The notes below the pieces were generated by a model. It saw only the letters and a list, made by a program, of their open reading frames with translations. It ran no database searches and had not been told where the DNA came from. DNA of 64,000 nucleotides, taken from assembly GCA_023957335.1 (NCBI GenBank), contig JAMLHC010000001.1, positions 266,017-330,016 on the forward strand. Direction: 5' to 3'. Made by a program: the position numbers and the translations under genes. The stretch comes from Bacteroidota bacterium. GTDB lineage: Bacteria > Bacteroidota > Bacteroidia > NS11-12g > UBA955. Below are positions 38,630-49,700 of this stretch, one piece after another. Each line of letters opens with the position of its first letter. The stretch's first letter is position 1.

Positions 38630-39445
38630 TTGACCAGACAAGAACTCTTTAATCAGATTTGCACAAAGAAATCATTTCTGTGCACAGGAATTGACCCTGA
38701 AATAGACAAGCTCCCATTGCATTTGCCACGCACTACGGACGCGCTGTTAGAATTCAACAAAGAAATAATCAAACACACGCGCAAATACTCGGTAGCATAC
38801 AAACTCAATACTGCTTTTTTTGAGCAATATGGCAGTAAGGGATGGGAAGTTTTAGAAGAAACCCGAAAATTTATTCCCAAAGATGTTTTCTCCATTGCCG
38901 ATGCCAAACGTGGTGACATAGGGAATACATCAAGCATGTATGCCAGAGCTTTTTTTGACACGCTAAATTTTGATGCTATCACGGTTACTCCCTATATGGG
39001 CGAAGATAGTCTCAGACCATTTCTTGAGTTCAAAAACAAATGGGTTATTGTGCTTGCACTCACATCCAATTCAGGAGCTAAGGATTTTCAGTTCCTTGAA
39101 AGCAAAGGTAAAAGACTGTTTGAAAATGTTCTTGAATCCGTGAGCAAATGGGGCAATGAAAATAACTTGATGTTTGTTACAGGTGCAACCAAAACCGAAG
39201 AATTTGAACATATCAGAAAAATAGTTCCTGATAATTTCTTGCTTGTTCCGGGTGTGGGGGCACAGGGAGGCAGCTTAAGTCAAGTAGCTCAAAAAGGCAC
39301 CAACTCTCAGCTTGGATTATTGGTAAATTCATCCAGAGGTATCATTTATGCCGGCAATGAAGAAGATTATGCATTAAAAGCCGAAAAAGCTGCTCAATTT
39401 TTGCAAAATCAAATGGAGCCTTGGGTTGATGCTGTTTGCAGTTAA
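38630..39445 (+). CDS. pyrF: Orotidine-5'-phosphate decarboxylase (type 2)
   Basis: ..KKSFLCTGIDPEIDKLP..FSIADAKRGDIGNTS..GVGAQGG.. About 271 aa, long-form PyrF. Confidence 0.9.
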   Translation: MTRQELFNQICTKKSFLCTGIDPEIDKLPLHLPRTTDALLEFNKEIIKHTRKYSVAYKLNTAFFEQYGSKGWEVLEETRKFIPKDVFSIADAKRGDIGNTSSMYARAFFDTLNFDAITVTPYMGEDSLRPFLEFKNKWVIVLALTSNSGAKDFQFLESKGKRLFENVLESVSKWGNENNLMFVTGATKTEEFEHIRKIVPDNFLLVPGVGAQGGSLSQVAQKGTNSQLGLLVNSSRGIIYAGNEEDYALKAEKAAQFLQNQMEPWVDAVCS

Positions 39446-39451
39446 AATATT

Positions 39452-41515
39452 TTATCTCATTCTCACATTATAAATCACAAATCCCGGACGTATATCATCA
39501 GTTACGACCTGAGGGTTATAGTAAAATTGAGCTTTATTTGAGCCATTGTTTAGATATTGTGCAGGAATTTCCATTGTTGCATATTCTTTGCCCCATCCCC
39601 TGCTGTTTTCGGGTTTTGGAATAGGAAACATCTGTCCACCATTAATTTGGATAACAGCTTCACCTGAAACATCAATTCCTTCTTCATCAAAAATGAACAA
39701 AACTTTGTCTTGACCTGTCAAGTTTAGGTTGAAACTCTTTTCATCAGATTGACTTCTTCCCAACGGTTTGCCCAGTTCAACGAGGATAGGAGTTTCCTCC
39801 GTTTTGGGCTTGGAGTTATCCCAACTAAACACCTGCACACTGCCGTCCCTACTTGCCCCAAAGTGGTAATCCAGATGCTCAATAGCAAATTGTCTTGCTT
39901 GTGGGTCGGTCATCACATTGTAGAAATAATAATCAGCCAGCAACCAGCCACGCGGGTTATTCTTGACAGTGGACATAAACTCTTCAGTGGTATAGCCGCT
40001 CACTTTCTTTCCATCCGGAGTGTTTTGGACATATTTTTTCTGAATACCATCATAAATCATTTGTCTGAACCACCCGAGTTTAGCAGTATCAATGCCCATA
40101 TAGAAACGGATAGCATTGGGCACGGTGGACAATACAACATCACTTTCACTCATATTTTGCTGAACATATTCAATTGGTGATTTCCAATTTGTATAATACC
40201 ATTCGGAAATATTGCGATCTACTACTTGCCCGTGCTCTGTATTGTTTAAGAATGCTTTCAGATTCTTAGGATTCAAAAGGAAAATACCTGAGATCAAAAC
40301 TAAAATAAACACAAAAGTGGTTTGCGAAAGAGCCTGTTTTTTGAGAATGGTTTCACATAATTTGTCTATCAACCACCAGATACCATAAGCAACAGCCATA
40401 AAATAAAAAGGTATAATAAAATACAAATAACGACTTACGGCAGGTTCTCTGAAAACAAAAGAAAAAAGGATGAGCAAAAAGACAAAATGTGCTGAGAGAT
40501 AGAGTGCAGAACGTCTGCTTTTAATGAATGAAATTACAAAACCAATAATTGCCAATATATACAAATAATTCCCATCAGTTTTAAGTACATTCATATAAAC
40601 ATCAAATGATTCAAAAGGTACTGTTTTCCATAAAGTGACAATCCTTGACAAATCAGGCACTACACCATTAACGATATTAGGAGGCAGTAAAACTCCGAGA
40701 AATTTCTTCGCAAGCATATTCCCCGCACTTGAGAACAGCAAGCCAAATGAACACAATAATGGAACGAATATCGTGTATTTGTTTAAGAATTTCTTCTCTC
40801 CAGATATTACATTACCAAGCCAAACAACAGACCCATAAAACAACCAACCAAAAATAATAAAAACAGTTAATTGGTGATTGAGCAATGAAAGTATGAAAGA
40901 CAGCGCTAACCAAGCGAATGTTTTGATGTTTATACTAATCCCCGAGGCAATTTTAAAATCTTTCTTTTGAGCAATATCTCCTTCAAAGATGTTTAAAAGC
41001 AACCAATGCATCCATAAATAGAAGGGTAAAAAAGTTGCGTAATTTCTTACTGTTCTTCCCCAATAAATGGCATAAAGAGAGATTGCAAAAAGAAAGATTG
41101 CAGTAAATGCAATTCGGGAGTTAAAGAGTTTTTTAGCAATAAAATACATCGGAATGACTGATGCAGCAGCAAAGAGCGACATCGCAACTCTTGCTGTAGT
41201 TTCATTGATACCAAAAATTCCCATGGCAACAATTTCAACCCAAGTAGTAAACACCCCATTAAACCCATCAATATTGTGCAACCCTTTTCCTCTTAAAAAA
41301 TCGGCTGCGGGCAAAACATGCAAATACTCATCAAACCAAAAGGATACCTTGCCAGCGCCCCACACCCTGAGTATGAGTGCAAGAAGGGTTACACTCCCTA
41401 ATAACCACCATGGATTGCGTTCTACATTTTCCCAAAATGAAGATTTTTTTTTAGGTGTTACGGGTGCAAATTTTTTTTCAGGTTCTTTATGCCTAATGGG
41501 TTGCTTCTTTGCCAT
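39452..41515 (-). CDS. GT39/GT83-like (PMT/ArnT-type) polyprenyl-phosphate-sugar-dependent membrane glycosyltransferase with a C-terminal periplasmic domain
   Basis: Lys/Pro-rich N-terminal tail, then ..LRVWGAGKVSFWFDEYLHVLPAADF.. (DE motif in the first periplasmic loop). More than 10 TM segments, then a soluble C-terminal region of about 250 aa. 687 aa. Confidence 0.7.
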   Translation of the reverse strand: MAKKQPIRHKEPEKKFAPVTPKKKSSFWENVERNPWWLLGSVTLLALILRVWGAGKVSFWFDEYLHVLPAADFLRGKGLHNIDGFNGVFTTWVEIVAMGIFGINETTARVAMSLFAAASVIPMYFIAKKLFNSRIAFTAIFLFAISLYAIYWGRTVRNYATFLPFYLWMHWLLLNIFEGDIAQKKDFKIASGISINIKTFAWLALSFILSLLNHQLTVFIIFGWLFYGSVVWLGNVISGEKKFLNKYTIFVPLLCSFGLLFSSAGNMLAKKFLGVLLPPNIVNGVVPDLSRIVTLWKTVPFESFDVYMNVLKTDGNYLYILAIIGFVISFIKSRRSALYLSAHFVFLLILFSFVFREPAVSRYLYFIIPFYFMAVAYGIWWLIDKLCETILKKQALSQTTFVFILVLISGIFLLNPKNLKAFLNNTEHGQVVDRNISEWYYTNWKSPIEYVQQNMSESDVVLSTVPNAIRFYMGIDTAKLGWFRQMIYDGIQKKYVQNTPDGKKVSGYTTEEFMSTVKNNPRGWLLADYYFYNVMTDPQARQFAIEHLDYHFGASRDGSVQVFSWDNSKPKTEETPILVELGKPLGRSQSDEKSFNLNLTGQDKVLFIFDEEGIDVSGEAVIQINGGQMFPIPKPENSRGWGKEYATMEIPAQYLNNGSNKAQFYYNPQVVTDDIRPGFVIYNVRMR

Positions 41516-41613
41516 AGAGATTGATTTTGTGAGGGTTCAAATATGAGAAAAAAAATGAATTCTAATCGTTGTTTCTATTGCTAAATAAGAAGATTCAAAC
41601 ATTTGAATATTAT

Positions 41614-41650
41614 AAAAAAAAAAGCTGCTTTGTGTAAAAGCAGCTTTTAT
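41614..41650 (-). terminator. Strong rho-independent terminator downstream of the long GAPDH gene
   Basis: On the minus strand: ataAAAGCTGCTTTtacacAAAGCAGCTTTtttttttt, a 12-bp stem followed by T10. Confidence 0.7.
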
Positions 41651-41668
41651 ACTTATTTATTCAACTAA

Positions 41669-43120
41669 TTAATAGTATCTGAGTCTAATCACATCTGACA
41701 GATACTTTGCTAAACGTACTACCTGTCTGCTATAGCCATATTCGTTGTCGTACCACACATACAAGACAGCAGTTTTTCCGTCTTTGCTCACTAACGTAGC
41801 AGGGCTGTCAACAATACTTGCCTGTGGGCTACCCACAAGGTCTGTACTTACCAATTCATTGTTATATGAATACTTGATTTGTTCTACTAAATCCCCTTTT
41901 AATGCAGCATCTTTCAAAATCTCATTGATAGCGTCTTTGTCGGTTGTTTGGTTTAATGTAAGATTCATAATAGCCAAAGACACGTCAGGAGTAGGGACTC
42001 TCACAGCATTTCCGGTGATTTTGCCTGCAAGTTCAGGGATGGCTTTAGAAACTGCTTTGTCTGCACCGGTCTCTGTTATTACCAAGTTGAGTGCTGCAGA
42101 ACGTCCTCTTCTATATTTTTTATGGTAATTATCGAGCAAATTTTGGTCATTGGTATAAGAGTGAATAGTCTCTATGTGTCCGCGCTCAATGCCTAAGGTA
42201 TTGTTAACCACAGCTAAAACAGGAACAATGGCGTTAGTGGTACAAGAAGCTGCTGAAAATATTTTTTCATCTTTGTCATGATTAGCCTGATTAATACCGT
42301 AAACAATATTAGGAATATCGCCCTTTCCGGGAGCAGTCAACAAGACTTTGTCAACTCCTTTGGACAATAAATGTTTACTCAATCCCTCACGGTCTCTTGC
42401 TACACCGGTATTGTCAATCAAAAATGCATTATTAATTCCATATTTGGTATAATCAATCTCTTCAGGTCCTTTTGCAGAAATCATGTGGACGGTATGTCCA
42501 TTGATAATCAAAGCGCGATTCTCAAGATCTTCTATAATGGTTCCGGGGAATGGTCCGTGCACACTGTCCATGCGAAGTAATCCGGCACGTTTAATCAAAT
42601 CTTCATCTGTTTTGTCGCGAGTTACAATCGCACGTAATCGAAGTTGTTCTCCTTTACCTGCCTGAATAATAAGTTCACGTGCAAGAATACGCCCTATTCT
42701 TCCAAAACCATATAACACCACATCTTTGGGCACAAGAACTTTCTTATTCTTCCCAATAAAATCCTTCAATTTGGTATTTACAAAATCTTTGATATTGGCA
42801 TATTGTGCTTTTTCAAGTATCCACTCATGGGTTAATTTTCCAATGTCAAGGCGCGAGGGTGAAATCTCGACCGCATACAACTCTTTGGCAATGAGCAAGG
42901 CATCAAAGATATTGATGGGTTTTTTTACAATTTCTTTTGCATATTGTAACAGACTAAGTATTTGGCTGGCACTGCGGTCCACTACCTGATTTCTAAATAT
43001 AACAAGTTCGACAGATTTATCGAACCACAATGAACCTGTTACGTGAATAAGTTCAATGGCAGCTTTTTCTGCTTTAATCCATTCCTGCAAATCCTGTTCA
43101 TAATTGATTTCTTTCGTCAT
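41669..43120 (-). CDS. Glyceraldehyde-3-phosphate dehydrogenase, long form (about 135-aa N-terminal extension plus GAPDH core)
   Basis: Core: VLYGFGRIGRILAREL (NAD-binding), SAASCTTNAIVPVLAVV (active-site Cys), and ..WYDNEYGYSRQVV.. (GAPDH C-terminus). The core is preceded by an N-terminal region (MTKEINYEQDLQEWIKAEKAAIELIHVTGSLWFDKSVELVIFRNQVVDRSASQILSLLQYAKEIVKKPINIFDALLIAKELYAVEISPSRLDIGKLTHEWILEKAQYANIKDFVNTKLKDF) with no similarity I recognise. Confidence 0.85.
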   Translation of the reverse strand: MTKEINYEQDLQEWIKAEKAAIELIHVTGSLWFDKSVELVIFRNQVVDRSASQILSLLQYAKEIVKKPINIFDALLIAKELYAVEISPSRLDIGKLTHEWILEKAQYANIKDFVNTKLKDFIGKNKKVLVPKDVVLYGFGRIGRILARELIIQAGKGEQLRLRAIVTRDKTDEDLIKRAGLLRMDSVHGPFPGTIIEDLENRALIINGHTVHMISAKGPEEIDYTKYGINNAFLIDNTGVARDREGLSKHLLSKGVDKVLLTAPGKGDIPNIVYGINQANHDKDEKIFSAASCTTNAIVPVLAVVNNTLGIERGHIETIHSYTNDQNLLDNYHKKYRRGRSAALNLVITETGADKAVSKAIPELAGKITGNAVRVPTPDVSLAIMNLTLNQTTDKDAINEILKDAALKGDLVEQIKYSYNNELVSTDLVGSPQASIVDSPATLVSKDGKTAVLYVWYDNEYGYSRQVVRLAKYLSDVIRLRYY

Positions 43121-43308
43121 TTCAATGTTAATTTTTTATCGTGGTGCAAATATAATTGAAGTGAAGCAAAATTTTAAATGAGTTATTAGCTATTTGCCCA
43201 CGTTCAATTTGTATGCGCGAATTTGAATTTGTTAACTTTAGGGATGAGACAACACACCCTTGGGCAGATTTCTAAAATGTCTTTTAATCAATGGTAAGAA
43301 ACACAAAA

Positions 43309-43752
43309 TCAAGAGCTTTGTTTATGCGCTAATTTTCCGCCTACTACCCTATCTACCGGAAATGTAAACATATCTTCTGAAATTCCGACTAATGGTATCC
43401 AACGAAACTTTGCTTGTTCTTGATAAAACGGAGTTGAGTATTGGGCAAAATGCAATTCGTTTACTGATGGACACTCAACTCGATAATAAATACTGATAAT
43501 TTGATCCGTTTCGAGCCATGCGGATTGCAAGAAAAAATCGGTGATATAAAAAAGCTCGCCTACCTCAATTTCCAGCGCAAGTTCTTCTTTGAATTCTCTT
43601 TTCAGACAATCCTTCAGCCCTTCTCCCCATTCGAGTCCACCGCCCGGAAATTTGGTAAAAAATTTTTCCCATCGGAATTCATCGCTCACAAGGACTTCAT
43701 TGCGGTCATTCAACAAGATTCCGTAAACTCTAATATTAAAGCACTTGTTCAT
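43309..43752 (-). CDS. NUDIX hydrolase
   Basis: Nudix box GGGLEWGEGLKDCLKREFKEELALEI (GX5EX7REUXEEXGU). 147 aa. Its start overlaps the 3' end of the ammonia-lyase gene by 17 nt. Confidence 0.8.
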   Translation of the reverse strand: MNKCFNIRVYGILLNDRNEVLVSDEFRWEKFFTKFPGGGLEWGEGLKDCLKREFKEELALEIEVGELFYITDFFLQSAWLETDQIISIYYRVECPSVNELHFAQYSTPFYQEQAKFRWIPLVGISEDMFTFPVDRVVGGKLAHKQSS

Positions 43753-45217
43753 CGATAAATGCTATCGCTTTTTGGATATCGTCATGCAGATAAGTATCTT
43801 TCTCACGAAAAGGTACCACTTTTCTGAAATTTTCAAATACCTGTTTAAGAGTATCCGAAGTTTTATCACTTCCCTGAAAATCCAAGCCCTGACATGCACA
43901 AAGAAGTTCAATGGCAAGAACCGTTTTGAGATTATTTGTAACCTTATACAATTTAGTTGCTGCATTGGCACCCATACTAACATGGTCTTCCTGCCCATTG
44001 CTGCTCACAATGCTGTCCACCGATGCCGGACTTGACAACTGTTTGTTCTGACTTACAATCGAAGCAGCTGAATATTGTGCAATCATATAACCGCTGTTTA
44101 CTCCCGCATTAGGCGTAAGGAAAAGTGGCAATCCTCGTTCTCCTCCAATGAGTTTATAAATCCTCCTTTCACTAATAGACGCAAGTTCTGAAGCTGCAAT
44201 CGCTGCAAAATCCAACTGAAATGCAAGTATTTCCCCATGAAAATTACCCGCACTAAGCACTTTGTCTGCATCCGGAAAAACATTAGGGTTGTCTGTTACC
44301 GCATTAATTTCTGTTTCAAAAACACTCGTAGCATATTCCAAGACCTGTTTGCTTGCTCCGTGTACCTGCGGAATACATCTAAATGAATAAGGGTCTTGCA
44401 CATGTGTTTTAGAACGGGCAGCTATTTGCGAGCCATTGCGCAATTCTGTAATATGTTGTGCTGTAGCAATTTGCCCCTGATGAGGGCGGATTGCATGAGA
44501 TTCATGTGCAAAAGGTTCTGTACGTGCATCAAAAGCTTCCAAGGAAAGTGCGGCAATGATATCAGCCCAATGACTAAGTTTTTTCAGTTCACTCAAACAC
44601 CAAACTCCAAATGCGCTCATAAATTGAGTTCCGTTGATAAGCGCCAAACCTTCTTTTTCTCCAAGTAAAACCGGCTTTAGACCTGATTTGTTTAGAAACT
44701 CAATGCCGGAAATTACATTACCGTTATATCTTAGCGAACCTTCTCCAAAAATCGGCAAACAGAGGTGTGACAGAGGGGCTAAATCACCGGATGCCCCTAA
44801 AGAGCCTTGTTCGTAAACAATAGGTAATGCATTGTGGTTATATAATTCAACTAATTGTTCAACAGTTTGAAGTTTAACACCCGAAAAACCTTTTGCCAAT
44901 GATTTTATTTTCAAAACCAGCATGAGTTTTACAATCTCTTGCGGAATCTCATTTCCTGTACCACAAGCATGCGAGCGCAGCAGATTATATTGCAAATCGG
45001 TCATCTCATGAGGTGGTATGATATGATTACACAGCGACCCAAAACCTGTATTAACACCATAAATCGGCTCTTTTGATGTTTTGATTTTATTTTCAAGGTA
45101 GGTTCTGCAATGAGTTATACTATTTTGAGATTCAATGCTCAGAGATAGTTTTTCATTGCTTTGTACAAACTTTCTTGTTTGTCCAATTGTTATATGTTCT
45201 TGGGGGTCTATGACCAT
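43736..45217 (-). CDS. hutH: Histidine ammonia-lyase family (MIO-dependent aromatic amino acid ammonia-lyase)
   Basis: GSLGASGDLAPLSHL carries the Ala-Ser-Gly triad that forms the MIO cofactor. 493 aa. Its start overlaps the hisS stop by 10 nt. The substrate (His versus Tyr/Phe) cannot be decided by eye. Confidence 0.82.
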   Translation of the reverse strand: MVIDPQEHITIGQTRKFVQSNEKLSLSIESQNSITHCRTYLENKIKTSKEPIYGVNTGFGSLCNHIIPPHEMTDLQYNLLRSHACGTGNEIPQEIVKLMLVLKIKSLAKGFSGVKLQTVEQLVELYNHNALPIVYEQGSLGASGDLAPLSHLCLPIFGEGSLRYNGNVISGIEFLNKSGLKPVLLGEKEGLALINGTQFMSAFGVWCLSELKKLSHWADIIAALSLEAFDARTEPFAHESHAIRPHQGQIATAQHITELRNGSQIAARSKTHVQDPYSFRCIPQVHGASKQVLEYATSVFETEINAVTDNPNVFPDADKVLSAGNFHGEILAFQLDFAAIAASELASISERRIYKLIGGERGLPLFLTPNAGVNSGYMIAQYSAASIVSQNKQLSSPASVDSIVSSNGQEDHVSMGANAATKLYKVTNNLKTVLAIELLCACQGLDFQGSDKTSDTLKQVFENFRKVVPFREKDTYLHDDIQKAIAFIDEQVL

Positions 45218-46593
45218 GATTTCGTTTTCTTAATAAATGTCTCAATATCCAATGTTTCTTGGTCACCACTTTCGAGATTTTTTAGGGCAACCTGCTTATT
45301 TATTCTTTCGTTCTCACCTATGATAGCTACAAATTTGACTTTAGCAGCATTTGCATAGTCAAGTTGTTTTTTCAACTTGCTTGCTTCGGGATATACATTA
45401 CAAGTGATTCCTTCGCTCCTGAGTCTTTCCGCAATCGGAATACAGAATGTTAAAGATTGTAAATCTAATCCACAAAACAGCACTTTGCAATTTGCACCTG
45501 TATCTTGCGGATAAAGATTATGTGATTCCATCAAATCATAAATTCTATCTGCCCCAAAACTGATTCCCACTCCTGAAATTCCGGGCATATCGAAAATACC
45601 GGTAAGGTTATCATACCTTCCTCCGGCAGCAATACTTCCGATACCTGAATCAGGTACTTTTACTTCAAAAATACATCCGGTGTAATAACTTAATCCTCGC
45701 GCAAGAGTTCCATCAAAGAGAATATGATGGTTGAATCCGCTTGCTTCCAGATACACTAACAAACTCTCAAGTTCGCTGATGCCAACGGAGCCAATTTCAG
45801 TCTCTGCAAGCATGTCTTTCCATTTTGTCAGACTCTTTGAATCAAGTGTTGAACTGATAAAGAATTGTTCTGCCTTTTGGATTTGTTCATCAGTAAAACC
45901 ACGCTCTTGCAGTTCTTTTCTCACACCCTCTTTCCCAATTTTATCAAATTTGTCAAGAGCGACCGTAAAATCACTAAATCTTTCTGTTGCCCCAATCATT
46001 TCTGCGACACCTTCCAATACTTTTCGATTATTTATATGAATCACATAGTTTTTAATTCCGAGCTTTTGAAAAACCCTATGAAAAACTGCCGTTAAATCTG
46101 CTTCACATACTAAACTATCTGTCCCAATAATATCGGCATCACATTGCCAAAACTCCCTATAACGACCTTTTTGCGGTCTATCTGCTCTCCAGACGGGCTG
46201 CATTTGATATCTTCTAAAAGGAAGCTTAACTATGTGCCTATTCATACTGATATAGCGAGCAAATGGCACGGTCAAATCATAGCGCAAAGCTCTGCCGGCA
46301 ATATGAGGTGCAACTTCTTTTGCAGTAATTTCACTGATGTTCTTTTCACGACCAAAAACCTTCTCAACATTACCTAAGAAATCCCCATTGTCCAGAATCT
46401 TAAAAAGCAGATGGTCTCCTTCATCACCATATTTCCCAATCAGGGTTTCTAAATTTTCAACAGCAGGAGTTTCAATGGCATTAAAACCATATAGCTTAAA
46501 AACGTCTTCAATATTGCCAAAAATGAATTTTCGCTTTTTCATTTCTTCGGCACCGAAGTCGCGCGTACCCTTTGCCAGTGATGCTTTGCTCAT
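45208..46593 (-). CDS. hisS: Histidyl-tRNA synthetase
   Basis: Class II aaRS motifs: ..FRRYQMQPVWRADRPQKGRYREFWQCDADIIG.. (motif 2 and HisA region), ..GGRYDNL.., and a C-terminal anticodon-binding domain. 461 aa. Confidence 0.93.
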   Translation of the reverse strand: MSKASLAKGTRDFGAEEMKKRKFIFGNIEDVFKLYGFNAIETPAVENLETLIGKYGDEGDHLLFKILDNGDFLGNVEKVFGREKNISEITAKEVAPHIAGRALRYDLTVPFARYISMNRHIVKLPFRRYQMQPVWRADRPQKGRYREFWQCDADIIGTDSLVCEADLTAVFHRVFQKLGIKNYVIHINNRKVLEGVAEMIGATERFSDFTVALDKFDKIGKEGVRKELQERGFTDEQIQKAEQFFISSTLDSKSLTKWKDMLAETEIGSVGISELESLLVYLEASGFNHHILFDGTLARGLSYYTGCIFEVKVPDSGIGSIAAGGRYDNLTGIFDMPGISGVGISFGADRIYDLMESHNLYPQDTGANCKVLFCGLDLQSLTFCIPIAERLRSEGITCNVYPEASKLKKQLDYANAAKVKFVAIIGENERINKQVALKNLESGDQETLDIETFIKKTKSWS

Positions 46594-46735
46594 TGCTATT
46601 CTTAATTTTCGTAAATGGCTTCAAAAGTAAGACAAAATAGCGGTTAAGGAAAAATCACATGAATCTATACAACCGCATATAACAGACTTATTCAATCTGA
46701 ATAAATAGAGTAGTATCAAACGTATAGCAAATACG

Positions 46736-49700
46736 TTATTCTTTGATAATTTTAACTGCTACATTCTGTACTTTTAGAATATAGATACCCGGCACAATAC
46801 CGGAAAGGTCAATTTCAGTCTTATCATTTTGGGTAACACCTTCTTTCACAACACGTCCTTGCAAATCCATCACCATATATACCCCTTTGACAGAACCAAA
46901 ATAAGTAAAGATTCCTGTAGTCGGGTTAGGATAAATGTTAAGGGCGTTTGTCTCAGTTTCAATCTCATCCACACCAGTTGATTTGCAGACTCCGGCATCG
47001 GTAATAGTCCACTTATTGGTCTTGGTCAATGTGTTTCTATATGTGGTAGCCGTAGAAACATATTTTATACCCATGGCGCCACAAGTAATGTTTTTGGGAG
47101 TAGCCATATTTTTTGACCAGCCCTCAAGGGTGAGCCCATAGTTTGAACAATCCAACCCGCACAGATCAAAAATATTTCTTAAATTTACATTTGTTCTCAA
47201 AGTCCAAGAACCTAAATTTTGATTAAAAGAAGTGGCGGAGGCAAACATTTTATTCATATCGCTTACAAGAGTAATATTCCAGCTATCAAGTGATTGATTA
47301 AAAGCACTGCACTGGTAAAACATACTTGCCATATTATTAACTTTAGAAACGTTCCATGCAGCAAGTGACTGATTAAAGTCAGATGCATTTTTGAACATAG
47401 CATTCATATTGGTTACATTGCTTGTATTCCAAGAGCCAATATTTTGGTTAAAACTACTTGCACCGTCAAACATGTTAGACATATTAACAACCTTAGATGT
47501 ATTCCACAGACCTATGTCTTGATTGAATGCTTGGGCATTCAAAAACATATTGGACATATCGGTAACATTCTCAACGTCCCAACTATCAATACTTTGATTA
47601 AAAGATGTTGCACCTGAAAACATACCTGATTTGTCAGTTACAATGCTCGTATTCCAACTATTTAGATCTTGATTGAATTTGGATGCATTATTAAACATGT
47701 TGCGCATTGAAAGCACTTTACCAGTGTTCCAATTGCCAATATACTGATTAAAATTACTTGCATTTTGAAACATTGCAGACATATCCGTAACATTCTCTGT
47801 ATTCCAAATCCCAATATCTTGGTTGAAATTTTTTGCATTCGCAAACATACCATTCATATTGGTGATATTGGTAGTAACCCAATTCCAGTTTGCTCCTATT
47901 CCGGTAAGCGAAGTGCAATTATTAAACATAAATTTAGCACCGGTTGTAAATCTCATATCGGGCAAATCGGTTGCTGTAATTTCCAAATTCGAACATCCGA
48001 AGAATGCTGAATCAAAACTGTTCCAAGCTATGCCACCCCATTGAGTAATTTGCCTAATCTTGGATTTCTCAGCACCATTATTAAAGAAAAATCTTGGGAA
48101 ATCGCGGTCAATATCTATTCTATAGCTTGTATTGGCTTTCAACCCTATTATTCTTACGCTATCTTTCACCGATGTTAAGATTCCATTGTTTGCAGGATTG
48201 GCTATTTCCTCCCAATAAAGATCATAATCATAACCGCTTCCTTTAGTAGGGATTAATATATAGGTTGAGTTTTCTGTATTCCAAATTGTCACAAGTGGGC
48301 TACAGAATGTTGCAACACCAGAATCTGTAATATTCCAGCCTTTATTCGTAAGCATTGTTCTTGCACTGCTCGCAGAACTTGAATATTTGAGATCATTGGC
48401 ACCGAGTGTTCTGCCGTTAGGAATATTAGGATTAGAAGCCCAACCAATAAGGGTATTCCCATAGTTCTTGCAATCTACACCACTATTATCAAGCATTCCT
48501 TCCATATTAACTTGATTGTTGATTATCCATGAACCTAATGTTTGGTTAAAAGCTGTTGCATAAGAGAACATATAGGACAAATCAGCAACATTGCGGACAT
48601 CCCACACACTGATCATTTGATTAAAATCAACAGCCCCGTTAAACATTTGACTCATGTTAGTAACATTTACAGTATTCCATCGGCTAATGGGCTGATCAAA
48701 CAACAATGCGTTAACAAACATATTACCCATATTGAGCACATTATCAGTATTCCAACCACTAATATTCTTATTGAATTTTGAAGCTCCGGCAAACATATAG
48801 CTCATGTCAACAACTTTGGCAGTATTCCAACTTCCAATATTCTGGTCAAAGTTAATTGCATTATAAAACATGCGATTCATGTTTGTTACATTAGAGGTAT
48901 TCCAGGCGGCAATACTTCCATTGAATTTTGTAGCATTCTCAAACATACTGCGCATTTCGGTAACATTTTCTGTGTTCCAAGTACCAATACTCTGATTAAA
49001 TGCAATGGCATTGTTGAACATATAGCTCATATCGGTTATATTGACTGTATTCCAAGCACTTATATCTTGATTAAAAGCGGATGCCGAATTAAATAACCAA
49101 CTCATATCTTTCACTTTATCTGTAACCCAAGCACCAATATTTCCATTAAACTTAGTCGCTTTATAGAACATTGATTTCATGGAAGTAACATTCTTAGTGT
49201 CCCACGCCCCAATGTTCTGATTAAATGCGCTAGCATTACTGAACATATAACCCATATCAGTCACATTAGCTGTATTCCAAAGTCCGATGTTTTGATTAAA
49301 AGCAAGAGCATTGCAAAATACTGAGTTCATGTTGTTCACATTTACCGTATTCCAACTACCTATATTTTGATTAAATTTTGAAGCCCCATAGAAAAGGTAT
49401 GCCATATTACCGATTTTCTCTGTATTCCAATTCCAGTTGGCTTCTGTTCCAATAAGGGAGGTGCAGTTGGCAAACATATATGATAACGAACTCACATCTT
49501 GCAAGTCGGGGACATCAGTTGCTGAGATATCCAAATTTGAACAGCCGAAAAAAGAACCTTCAAAACTTCTCCATTCAATATCGCCCCACTTAACAATATT
49601 GCGAATCTTAGTCTTGTCACCCTTATTAGCAAATAGAATCACCGGGAATTGTCCAGAAATTTCTATCCGGTAATACTTATTTGAACTTAATCCTGATATA

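Noticed and set aside
43736-45217. Ammonia-lyase as the tyrosine ammonia-lyase of a flexirubin/aryl-polyene cluster.
   Set aside because: No dar/flx-type ketosynthases, acyl carrier proteins or reductases are nearby. The neighbours are hisS, NUDIX and GAPDH. Only the weaker general question about substrate is kept as a finding.
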